From: Raillietiella orientalis
Lineage: Eukaryota
NCBI GenBank assembly: GCA_036172245.1
Contig: JAYWIR010000027.1
Span: 1,736,001 to 1,800,000, forward strand
Length of the DNA: 64,000 bases
Reading direction: 5' to 3'
The notes under the pieces were generated by a model. It made no database searches, was not told where the DNA came from, and saw only the letters and a list, made by a program, of their open reading frames with translations. A program made the position numbers and the translations under genes. This document shows positions 13,700-31,993 of this stretch, piece by piece (within the stretch, counting starts at the first letter, position 1; every line of letters begins with the position of its first letter).

Positions 13700-16600
13700 A
13701 AAGATTGAAAACTTTATCTGACATATTCGTATGTTTTTGAAAGTTTTCGTCTGTATTAATAAAAACTGTGAGCAACGAGTTTTCTATTCAAAGTTGAATG
13801 TTTTATAAAAGACAAAATTAAAGAGGAAATGCAGCTCGCATGAGTTAATATAAATCAAACAAATAAATGAATAAAGGGAAATCATCTTCGAAAGCTTTGA
13901 GAGAATGAGCCATAAATTACACTATAAGTATTTGAGGAAGTAGCCAGCCAAGTGACTTCCGATGTATACAACAATGCATTATTTGCTTAAAGTAAGACCA
14001 GTCACATCAGGTAATAGTAACAGATCACATATTTGTTCATCCTGTATTACTGGAGCATCGAAATTATCCAAAGATTGTATCCAATAAATTTCAACAAAGC
14101 CTTGTGCATTATAAAAAGAAATAAGGATATAAAGTAAACCTTGCGAGAAAGAAATCTGGAGAGCAGTTTAAATCTTTTTTTAATATTAAGTACATTTAAG
14201 AAATATGTCACAAAAGCAAACATCTAAGAATTGGAATATGAAATCAGACAAAAAGGCAACTTCCATTATTTCAGGTTTCATTCACTATGAACTTATATTT
14301 TTATTTTCAAGTTCTCTGTATATGTATCTAGATTTAAATATCATTGTATAATAAATAAAAAATTTTATGTTTCTGGAAAAAGTTGAACCTATGATCTATA
14401 TTGATATATTCAAGATAGACTCTTTAAGTTAAGTTATTTAAGCCCGAATCCACAAGTGTATTTTGTATGTTGTATCATTACCTTCCATGGTTTGAGCAGT
14501 CTGTGATGTAACGTCGCTCATTCCCTGCTACTGACTAAACCTCCGACGGGTATAAGGAAGAAATACACATCAATCCATAACTAAAATACTGAACTCCAAG
14601 AAGCTGAAGGAATCAAAAGTTCCCATATGCTCCCACGTTTCCTTGAGTCTTTCAAGCAGACGTTAAAATCTCGACAGGCCTACAGATTCAAATAATTCCC
14701 TGAACTAGACCAATGGGATGACGGGCAGCAGCTCCTCAGAAACCAGAGCTTGGTATTGGTTTGAGGTTCACCTAGTATTCCATCGGCCTGGCACGACCGT
14801 GAAATAAGAGCTTCATCCTGTACTTTAAACAGAAGTTTTGATGGGTGTTTGGGTGTTTTTCAAGATATTCAACAGTATCTATGAGGTCTTCACAAGGACG
14901 AAAAAATGTATATTGAAATTCATGTATGGGATGACAAACTAGACATGGCGTGTAGAAGGGTTTAGCGTCAGCGAATTGCACTTTCTATTCGGGAAACGTG
15001 GCGGCTAGACAGATTCATCCGATCGAGCAACAACAGCAGCAGGCAGAGGAGCTGCAAGTTCTAAAACCACCAAAGATATTCTACTTCTGCCTTTCCACCC
15101 TAGTCGTGATTCCAGATTATTAATTCCGGGGGGTCTCTGCCACCAGCTGAGAAACAACGCTGGCAAAGAGATAACGTGTGGGCCGACTTCAAGCAAGGCG
15201 AACGCAGGAAGGGGTGCTCCAACAACCTGAACTGCGCCGTGGTGTCTATGATGAACACAGAGGGCACCTCCCTCCACGTCCTCTACGGGCTGGAATCGTC
15301 TGGATTCGCGCTGGAGTAAGTGGAGGAGCAAACACTTCCGGTAGGCCTCTGTGCTTGTCATCGTCCCCACCAGTGGACGGACAGGCGGCAATCCCAACCA
15401 ACGGCAAGTCGCGCGCAAGACGACGCGCGCGGGCGGTTCAGGTGGATCTCGCTGGCTGTTGGGCCACGTTGGTGATTCGCTTCCTAGACGCCTCAGCAGC
15501 GGGCAGCAGCAGCAGCTTACCACGGAAACGAAGGCACCGAATCCACGAGGAATGTCTGAGCGCGCAGAGCTATCGAGAATTTTTTTCAGCACCCCTCATG
15601 GCGCTCTTCTTGCTGAGCTTACATTGGAAGTCCGACCGAGTCCATCGCAGGAACCCCCTGGAGTATTCTACCAGGAACCAGTGTTCCCAGCCAGAGACCC
15701 CGTCCTCGTTTCTTCGAGTTAAGCACCCGAGGGCAGGATGCTCAAGCAACGCCACAGCTCAGGTGAAGAAAGGATTTGAGGTGTCCCCAAATGGAACAAA
15801 TAATAATCAACATCAAATTCATCTTTACTTAAATCAGTAAATTACCCCCTTGCCTAGATACACCTAGACTATGCCAACACGGAAGCAAGGAGCATTCTCC
15901 TTGCTCCCAAGTTACCTAGACTATGCCAACGCCTGCGAGATGCAACGAACCTGGGCATCGCCTGCGAAACATGTTCTGGCGTGGAGGATCCTCGGGGCTG
16001 GAAAGACAGCTGTTTCCAGCCGCGGGCATATCCGACCTCCGGGGGATGGAGGATGCGGGATAAGGATGGAGGCTCAAGGTTGTCCCTGCACGCCCCTGTC
16101 GGCGGAGAGCCCGGAGACGCAGCCGGCAACACAGGGAGGAGAGTGACGCTGAGAGGGACGAGGGAGCGGCAATCTGCAGGACAAATCGAGTGCGGGGGGC
16201 CTGCAGGCGCACTGGCCTCCGCGCTCCTGTCAGGACACGAGACAAGAGCAACCTCCAAGGCCGGAGGGCGAAGGGTGGCCGCCATTGGCACCCGCTCCTT
16301 GAGGCAGAAAGGGGGAACGGCTCCTTCTTGGCCCGGGAGGGCGCCACCTCGTCAGCCGTGCGTGCGCGCGCGCCGCCTTCCGGGCAAGAAACTGGAAGGC
16401 AGCGCCCTCCCCCCTTCCCCCAGGCACGAGTGCGCCGAGATATAGGCGCAGGAGCGAAGCCGCTGAGTGGGGTCACCGAGCCCTCTGCTCAGAGACCGGT
16501 GTGCTCGACGCCGTCAGGCCTGTCTTGTTCTTATCTTTACCCCCACGGATGAGTTCGGGCGTTCGCGGTGCGGTTGACCCGCAGGGGGGGGGGGGGGAGA

Positions 16601-18500
16601 GCAGACGCCCGCGCCCGGGGAGGAGCCGTAAGGACAGTCGCCAGCGACGCTCGCACTCTTCTGCTGCAAGCACGAGTCGCCGGAGGAGACAGGACGAGGA
16701 AAGCGAAGGTGGGGGAGGGAGACGGTGGCTTGCTCGTCGCCGTAACGATGTTACGCTGGAGGGGAGAGATGGGAGGAGGAGTAAGGCGCCCCCTGGAGAA
16801 TCGGTAGACGTCGCCTCTAGCGTGCTTTCTTCGTCATCAGTGCGGATCATCGTCACCAGCAGCAGCAGCAGCAGCGGCGTTCAACGTTCACCATCACCAT
16901 CGACGACGATGCAAAATCGGTGACGTCCAGCTCCGATGTCCGACGGGCGTGCCTGGGGGGCAGCACTTTCCAAGTCTCTGCCGCTGCCGCGTTGCCTTAT
17001 TGTGGAAGGTTCTTGTTCCCGGAGGGCCAAGTCGTCTGGGAGGTCTTTGGTACTCCTGGCTCGAGGCTGGGCAGCCCGAGCAACAGCAGCAGCATCCTCC
17101 TTTCGGCGGTCTCCCGTACAGCAGGGTGGCGCGGAAAACTCCCCTCCATTCCAAGGGAGGTCGCGGGATTGGCGCCGCCACCTCTTGAGTCCCGTCGCCT
17201 GTCGCGCACCCAGGGAGCGATGTGGGAAGTGCACGCGGCGACGGCCCCTTTTTCCGGTCTCTCTCACAGACGTCTGACTCGCCTCTGCCGAAGGTGCGCA
17301 TCGCGTCGGTCGCCATCACCTCCGTATGCTGGCGCTTGGAGTTGCGCTCCCGTCCGTTCGGAGCGCAACCCGCGGAGGCAACGGCTGGCCGCGATGCCCG
17401 AGGCCGGCTTTGCCTATCTTGGCGCGCGCGCGCCTCCAACGACCAGCTTCCGAGGGGCGCCTCGAGGACCAGATTAAACGCGAGCTCCGAACCTATCCAG
17501 GGAGCGCGCTCCTCCGCCGTCCCAGCGAGTGAGCGCCACCTCTGCATGGGCGTCTCCCCGATTAGATTGTCTGGCGGACGTGCCGAACGGTGGGGCAGCC
17601 GCGTGCCAGCAGCCAGCCATCTCCGCGCGAGGGCAGCCGAGGATGGACTCGGGCGCTGCCCGCGAGCGGCGGCGACGGCGTCTTGGAGACCTGGTAGTGA
17701 CCTTCTCGCGCGCCCGCCCCGCGGATGCAAGGGGACGGCCCTGCTCAGGAGGTAAGTAGTGGGCGGAGGAAGTGACACGCATCTTCCGGTGAGCTGCTGA
17801 CGTGGCGCTGCTAGCATCCATTCCGCGCCTCTTTCGCCGTCGCCATTTCCGTCCGACCTGCGAAGAGTGAACCCACTGGCCGGTTCTTCCCCTTCCCCGC
17901 GCGAGAAGCGCCAGAAAGGGCGGAGGGCTGCGGCACCGACCCCAGTCTCCGGTGGCAGCTCCGTTCTCTTCGGCAATGAACTCCCGGCCGCGACTGCTGC
18001 ATGCCGCTGGAATCTGCACCACCCGCCTCGGTGGTCGTGGCGGAGGTCCGAGGGCGAGAGAGGCAGCCGCGGTCTCTTCTGGTGCACATCGCGGAGCTGC
18101 AGAGTGCCAAACCTCCCTCTCCGCGCACGGCGGGGCCCTCACCGCTTTCGACGCCTCCGCCTCATGGCTCCAGAGAACCAACGGAGCACGCGTCTTTCGG
18201 TGATGAAGACCGAGGCACCGCTTTTCGCTGGCGTGACACCGAAGATGCAGCGGTCTCCGCGTCCAGACGAGTCCTTCCAAGCGTTCTTCCTAGCCTGCGG
18301 CCGGGGATTCTTCGCCGCAGATTCGACCTCTGGTCTGGAGCGAAGAATGAATCACCCTGAGGAAGGCAGGGCAACCCGTGCGGGAAGATCAACGTGCACT
18401 TCTCAGGCTGGACTCGTGTGCTCGACGGCGGAGCAGGCATCCGAACCACGAGCCAATGGAACGAGATGCGCGCGAGGAGAGTGGCGCTCGCGTGGCAGAA
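13700..18500 (-). mobile_element. Highly decayed DIRS-like tyrosine-recombinase retrotransposon (approximate bounds)
   Basis: Motif remnants in DIRS order on -: GC-rich gag-like region (~18300-16000), RT-like FLVEYSRGFLRWTRSDF (~15690-15630), RNase H-like RISLVVLELAA...VVARSD (~15090-15010), YR-like SPDFFLA (~14160) and THASCISSL (~13840). Recognised by eye; many stops and frameshifts. Confidence 0.5.
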
Positions 18501-19430
18501 AGGGGGGGGGGTACTTCCTCGGGAGGAGAACCGCGGAACCAACGAACGCTTCACCGTTGAGCTCGGGCACGTGGCGACGGGGTCAGGGAAGCAGGGAGCA
18601 ACGGAAACGTGAATTTCAGGGAAGTCCGCTGCCGTTTCCGGAGAACCACCGGGACGCAGCGGCGCGCTTGACAACAGCGGAGCAGGAAAAGCTTCTTCCG
18701 GCGATGACGCGGTTCGAGCAGCTAAGGGGGAGGAACTTTCTGGAAGGACGCCGCGAGGAAGTGCGTGCGCAGGGAGAAAAGGGACTAAAAAATGTCTCCC
18801 GTATGCACAAGGGAACACCTTCTTCTAAAACCTGTGCTTTGGACGGGAAAGGCGAGCACACCATCACCCCGATGGGGAGAGGGGGGGGGCATTCAGGAAC
18901 ACCCGGAAGAAAGGAACCACTCAAGAGAGCATGGAATATTTAAATAATATATTTCCATCTGTCAATAACAAAACGATTCCTGTTTTTCTATAATCAGAAT
19001 CTCATGCAAATAAAACTTTTCACTATAATTTAACTTACAAGACATATACCCGAATGCAAGGCACGTGACATTTTTTTTTGTTTTGTTTTGTTTTTGCTTG
19101 GTTTTCTTACTGAATGCTCATAGGATCTTGCGGATAATTGAGTTCAGCAAACTACACTAGGAGAATATCACATTACTATGTAAGTATGAAGTATCACTTA
19201 AGACATATCAGGAAAACAAAAGGAGAAAACCAGTACTTGGCTGTTCGTACACCACAGAGGAAAGGGGGGAAGGGCGGGGCGGGGGAAGGGGGAGGGAGAA
19301 TCAGTTCGTTACACCTCACGATGTCTCAGTGTCAGAGTTCTTCTTCGCAGCCACAGGAAATTTGGCACGTCAGAAACAATGTCTTGAGGACAACACAAAC
19401 GTAGAGATAGAGATATTTCCCACTGGGACG

Positions 19431-25731
<6,301 letters not shown>

Positions 25732-26999
25732 CTACACAGAATGGAAAAAATCACGTGATGATGCATTTTGGGAGAAGGGTGTTTTGCTTTGCATGTCTCG
25801 AACAAACTTTTACAGAGCTTCTCGTCCGTAGATCGAAAGACAAAGGACAAAATTGCAAGAAAAAAAGAAAAAAAGGGTTGCAAAAAAATGAAACAACAAA
25901 AAATTACTTACCTCTTCGAAGGAAATATGGGACTGCAATACATTCTTCTGGAGACACGACTTGGGAATCCGTATCAGAGTTTTCTTCAAGGAACGCTGCA
26001 AGAACTCATCGTTTTCATCGATGACCTTGTCTTTTCGGGAAGACAGGAGGCAACAATTGAACGGGTGCTACAGAACAGCATTCATCATTCCGGAATTCTG
26101 CAGATTGACACACGAGATGTTCACACACGTGTTGCTGTGAGCTGTCCGCATTCGGTCAGCTCACAAGGTTGACCTCACACATCACACACGTGAGCTGGTC
26201 GCGCGGAATTCAAGGGAACACGCAATAAGCGGAGGAACAGTGGCATGTAAAACTCGTCTGGGAGATACGACCGAGAAAAAAAGGAAAAAGAAGGAGAGAA
26301 GGGGAAGGAAAAAAGGAGCATCAAGGATTATGTTTCGGCTCTGTTGCATCTCCGGTCGCCCCAATCCCCTTTCTATCCAAGTGCACTGGACAACCCAGCA
26401 ATCGGACACAGAAATGCAACGCGATTTTCGTGTTCGTTAGTTCCTTCCTCTGTTCTTTACTTTACTTCCAACGCAGCAGAAGCCAACGCATTTATGAATC
26501 GCAAGGAAAATAGACCCCTCCTCGTCAAGCACTTGCTTGCATATCTAGAGCAGGCTCTGAACAGCGAGAGGAGAAGGAACGCGGTTCTCCGCCGATACCG
26601 TTTCAGCGACAACGGATGCTTACAACTCACTGGCAACGTGTCCTAAGATACAGAAGATAACGGTGCAGGCTGCAGCCGTGAGGAGGTTGCATGCCCACTC
26701 CCTCCCTCCATGCATGTGTGCCGCGTGGGCCGCTCTTGCGAACCCGCAACAGCCAAGCAGAGATTCCCGGGCAAGGAGATGTCAAAACTGATAATCGTGG
26801 CTGCTACAACCTATGACCAGAGAGACAGGATCGAACCACTTGCCTAACCGGCTGCTCTCCCTACCTGCTAGTGACATCTGGAGATCCGTGAAGTGAACTC
26901 AACGCGCCAGTGTCGATCCACACAGTTCGGCAAGCTCCGCGTACGTGTGGAATACTCTAAAGAACGTAGTTGAAAACCACGCTCTTTAGCGTACAGGAG

Positions 27000-29900
27000 T
27001 ATAATTAGCAGCCCACGAGCGATAGTTTTGCAGCGTAGGTACGATACTCGTTGAAACGCGGGAAGGAACACGGCATGCACACCGGCGAAGATACGCGCGC
27101 TGCCCGAGAGGAAGAGAACATTTGGTTCCCAGCGCCCGCTCACACGAAGAAGCTGGGAAGCTCGAAAAGCTGGAGCATCGCGGAAGGAAAAAGCCAGTCG
27201 GTCCGCACAGCAACCAAACCAAGCGCGGAGCCTGCGTGTGCCCGTGGCGGTCGCGAGAATAACGTGCCACCTCAGGGCCACCACCACTCAATGGGAGTTT
27301 TCTCCGAGCGAACCGAGAAGTCGGAATTCGTCGCTCGAAAGAACATCTCACAGCATCCCAAGAGCAGGCGCGCACGAGCTCCGGGGCAAGCGCAGTGGCA
27401 AAACAGCTAACTGGACAAAGGAACAGGGGCGGACACCACGCGAGAATCCCTGGGAGGCGCGATCCGTCTCGGCGCGTCCTCTAGCGAGGGCTCGAGACGG
27501 AAGGGTGTGCGCAGGCGCGGAGGGGAACCTCGGAAGGATATTGAACCGTGCCGATACAGTGGGAACAGTCGATGAGACAACGGCACTTCCAGCTGGGGCG
27601 TTGCTGGTTCTCGCCGAGCTAGATTCCCATGATGCCAACGAGGTCGGAAGGGAGGGGGAGGGGGAAGGAAGGGGCGTGAGGGGGAAACTTGCGGAGGGAG
27701 ATGCGCCAACGTCATCAGACAGGCGGCGGCTTCACCGCCCGTTGTCTCGTACGGCCGCTTCTGCCGCCGAGTCGCGAGCGCGTTCGCTCCATGACGACGA
27801 GCTTCGCTGCACAGGAGATCCACGCCCTTCGCGCTCCCGCGAGGAGCGGATGGTTTCCAAGCAGAGAAGCCCGCGGAGGACTCCAAGGGTGCGTAACGTC
27901 AGCGACGAGGACAAGGCGACCTGGTCGCAGGAGGGTTTCACAACAACGGTGAAAGCAGGCGCGGGCCGACGCCTAGGCCTTCGCCATGCATCCCGGCCGA
28001 ACGAAGAAACGAAACTCCATCCGGTTTCGAGGACCCGTCTCCTGGGAACACCTTGGGATCTTTTTGTGGAGCGACTTCATCGCTCGAGGGAAGGAGCGCA
28101 CAGAAAAACCGGCTGTGGAAGCTGGCAACGAACCGGTGCCGGAAAAGCGGCTGTAGCCGAGAGTGGAAGAGAGCAGGTGGCAGGGAGTTTGTAAATGTCG
28201 ACAGCAACGAGGTGCAGCAACCGGATGCAGGAGAGAAATCGAGATCGAAAATGACGGAGTAGGGATTATGACGATTCGGGGAAGGAGCTCCTATTCCACG
28301 AAGACACACACGACCGTATGCTTCCATAAAGGCGACAGAGTTCTCTAGATGGCGCCATTAAAACTCCACGAACTACAGTCACAATAAGAAGGCAGTGAAC
28401 AGTGAAGACGAGGAAAGACGGTGCTTTCCTACAATAATAATTAAAGGAACCACCATATGGCACGACCTATAAAGACTCGAGTATGGATAGGAAAGAAGGA
28501 AGAGCCAGAAAAGCATCGCCAAGAAGGCACCTACACTGGAATCGTGACCATGGACAAATCGTAACGATTCTACCCACAAATCAGTAGTCGTGGATTCTGT
28601 TTGGAAAGCAATGCTGTACACTACTTTCAGCCCAAGCCACGCCCAAGGAGGAGCATCCAGGGCATCACCACGTACAAACCCAAAATGCAACAAGGCAACA
28701 AGAAACGAAAGAGGAGGCACCGTTGCTTGGAAAAGGATCTGCAGGAGAGGACACACGAGACTGATGGGTGAGTCACCGCGATATGATTGAGGGCACCACG
28801 GACGGCAACGCAAACCGAAAGATCTCCAACTCAACCTTCCCAAAGTGGGGGTTTTGCTGGAGACGGTCCGATGACCGAGCGGATTTGCAAAACATCATTT
28901 CACGTCGTTTGGAGCCGGCTTACCGTTGCCAGTCACTTCTCTTCCTCGCACTGCCCCGACGTCTGGATGTCAACGACGAAGACGCCGCTCGAAGACATTA
29001 CGAACTTTCGGTACCGATCTCACTGCTGTCAAGACTAATACCTGGTAAAAGACGATCGTCGCTGAATTTTCCTTTGGTCCAGACGTCAGAAGGCTCTTGG
29101 CAAAAGAGTGCTACGGATGAGAACGCGAACTTCTAACGCCTCATCACAGCCCACAGCTGTCCTCCAGTGTACGGGTTTGCAGAGTTCCCACAACCAGCAT
29201 CTTTTGCTGCAGGCACCTAGGCCGCTTCCTTAACTCTTGTCATTCCTTTGCTTTTGATGGCAGCCTCCGACGATGTTCCCGACAGCAGCGGTGTACTTCC
29301 CACTCTCCCGATCGCATTCCGAAGTATTCAACCCATGGGTCTTCTTATCTTCAGCTCGAAATGCACTCGGCCGAGGCGTTGTACCCCAACACCACGCGGA
29401 AAAAAGTCCAGGCTTTGTGTTGCGCCTTGATTCTTCTAATATGGAGAACATGCAAACCTCCGACACGCAAACTTATCAGCGGCAGTTTGCCACCCCAGCC
29501 TCGGCAAGCACCGCTTTCTTTACCCGGACCACCTATGCCAGACGTCCACAATTCCCAGCCTCAAATCAACAAAAGTCCTCGGGTTCCTCCGCTACTGGAA
29601 ATTGACCTTTACCATAGAAGTAAGGAGCACATGATCCCTGCCGGCCTGGCACTCACTTTCCGCTGTCTGCGCTCCTTCCACCGAGTCGCTGGAACTCCTG
29701 AAAATTTCGGCCAAGAGGCACGAGCTCCAAGGGAACTCCGATTTCCGGGTGCGATTCGTCCGGTGCTTCGGTTTGCTTTCGCACCCACCGATGGTCCGTT
29801 GGTGCGTATCCCGGCAGAGGTGCCCTCGGGGATTTTCTCCGGTCCAGAGGAGAAAAAAGCTGCTCACTTTCGAGCTGCCTTCGTGCTTGGCAATCCCTAA

Positions 29901-31000
29901 GGCTGGTCGAAGCGGCAGGACTCGGTGATCGGCAAAGGAATTGGCTTTTTTCCTCGCCGGCGATCTTTCATGCCTGCGACGCTCGACAAACGCGGGTTGA
30001 CAGACGCGCCCTTTTTTTCACCCCCCTGCTATCGCAGCTTGCGGATGGCAGGGGAGAAGGATCCCACCTTCACTAGGTTTCCGCCACAGCTTCCTACCAC
30101 ATTTCCAATTAGAAGCGGGAGCGCCAGACTCTTCCTTTTCCCCAGATTTCCTGGGGTTCAGTTTGCTCGCAGAGGCATACATACTTCTGTCCGGATGTAT
30201 CTGTTCAGATTCACGCAGCTGATCGCCAGCCGTGCACTTTTGGGCAACCTCCCAGTGGTCTCCAAGCCTCGTGCCGCATCGTACTACGCGCTGGTACTAC
30301 GAGATCACGAACTCTTTGGCCTGGCTTCAAGAGCTCCCTACTGCCAAATGCGAATCAGGAGGTGTCCACCTGAGGGTGAATCTGGCGCTCCCCATGGACT
30401 CCCGGCAACCAAGTACATCACTATGAGGATTCCAGAAAGTCATCTTTCCATGGAACAGGCAGACGGAACACGTGATCTCGCCCCCATACAGCCTGGAGAG
30501 TTTTGCAGCCCCTGGCTTCTTCAGAAACTTTCCCATGAACCTTAACCGAGGAAAAACCTCGTGTCCTTTTCCAGCAGCGCTTTAATCTGATCCGGGAAAA
30601 CACTTGGTCAAAACACCTTCGAGGTTTTTACTGGCATCTGATCGAGAATCGACAGACGGTAACAACGGTGGCAAACAGCAACCGATGCTGCCGAAGGCAA
30701 ACAAAACATAAAATGGCGGTCTCGAATGCCAAAACGGAAGAGGAAAGAGCGAGCGAGGGAGGGGGAGCGTAAGGCAGCATGCAAACGAAATATTAAAATG
30801 TGGGTAAATCATCGGCAAGCAAACTGCTGTCACGAGAACAAGCAGCAGCTAACAAGGCCTTTTCCTTCGGTTCTACGCGGTGGCTTAGAGCCGTTGCAGC
30901 CTCCCGACCTTCGGAAGTACTTTGGAGTGTCGTAAATGTACAAACTTTTGAGCTCCTTACAAAGAAAGATGCGGGAAACGCTCCACTCGGCCACGATGAA
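27000..31000 (-). mobile_element. Decayed DIRS-like remnant inside the KLF locus (approximate bounds)
   Basis: ORF 28379-28843 contains LQILFQAT...DALDAPPWAWLGLKVVY, resembling the DIRS methyltransferase-like DLFA...DA...W..L..YAFPP region. The surrounding DNA is GC-rich and does not resemble host coding sequence. Confidence 0.35.
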
Positions 31001-31077
31001 GACGATGAAGCCGGGGGCAACAACTACGTAGAGAAAGAAGATATCGGTCGAGAACTTTCCATGCGAAACTCGGTACG

Positions 31078-31081
<4 letters not shown>

Positions 31082-31112
<31 letters not shown>
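31082..31112. repeat. (CA)n microsatellite; another CA-rich tract at ~35918-36002
   Basis: Directly visible dinucleotide run. Confidence 0.95.
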
Positions 31113-31116
<4 letters not shown>

Positions 31117-31914
31117 TACGCAGGGGATCAAGAAAATTCAGCAAACATGCCCAGGACGTCCCCTACGTAACCACACGTCCGCAGGTTGCAGAATCCCACA
31201 TACAAGATGGGAAAAAGGCATGCGGAAACGATTCGGATCCTCTCTTCTATCACCAGGCTGGCTGCACAGGGACGTACCACGAGGCCCTCCCTGCATGAGG
31301 AAGCGTCGAATCTCAAAAACACAACGCTGGGAATTGGTTGACGCCGCATCAGCAACGATGGAGGAGATGCCTGCCCGTCCGTGCATGGGGCGTAGGGCAA
31401 TCCGGAAAAGGACGGGGGAAAATTCCCCAGCGCCTGCTACCTTTTTTCTCGAAAGCTCCAGTGCGGAAGGACCCCCCGGTGCAAACAAGAAATCAGGAGT
31501 TGTGCTCTCGCGTGCGTGCGAGAATCTCCCAGTTCCGAGTGGTCATCCAGCAAGTCGCCGCCGGCTGCTGCCGTGACGGCACCGCTAACGGGCATCGCCA
31601 TTTCCGAAGCAGGTGGTACACCTTACTTACAATGTGAACGGAAAAGATGGGGGGGGGGGGCGATTAAGCACCTAAACGCTGTCGGTGCGTGTAAAGGGTT
31701 GTTGGGGAAACGAGAAGGAAGGAGCCACCGCTTGATGGGGCACCGACCACTTCTACGACGTCCGTTTTGGAACGCACTTGCCGTTTGTAAGAATGCGCTT
31801 TGTTCCACGGGAAGACGATCAAAGTTCCCACCGTTTCTCGAACTCGTCCTCATAGATTCTTTTATGCACTCATACCAAGGGTAGAAGGGATGAGAACAAA
31901 TAAAGAAATCCTAC

Positions 31915-31993
31915 CTGTATTCCTGAGTTGGGAGAAAGTGTGATATCATCTATCTCTGTTTTACTTGAGTATTTCTTCGAAGCTTGTGATATA
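31915..31993 (-). CDS. Candidate upstream coding exon of the KLF gene (ISQASKKYSSKTEIDDITLSPNSGIQ)
   Basis: Acceptor cttttcag and donor CAG|gtagga. The frame is open and ends in phase 0, matching the phase-0 start of the 25731 exon (AEYSEQMEPVDLT). No homology support. Confidence 0.45.

Noticed and set aside
16894..18943. Long ORFs (397 aa, 358 aa) and many similar Arg/Pro/Ser-rich ORFs across 15-63 kb
   Set aside because: No recognisable domains, and overlapping in several frames; expected from stop-poor GC-rich element debris.
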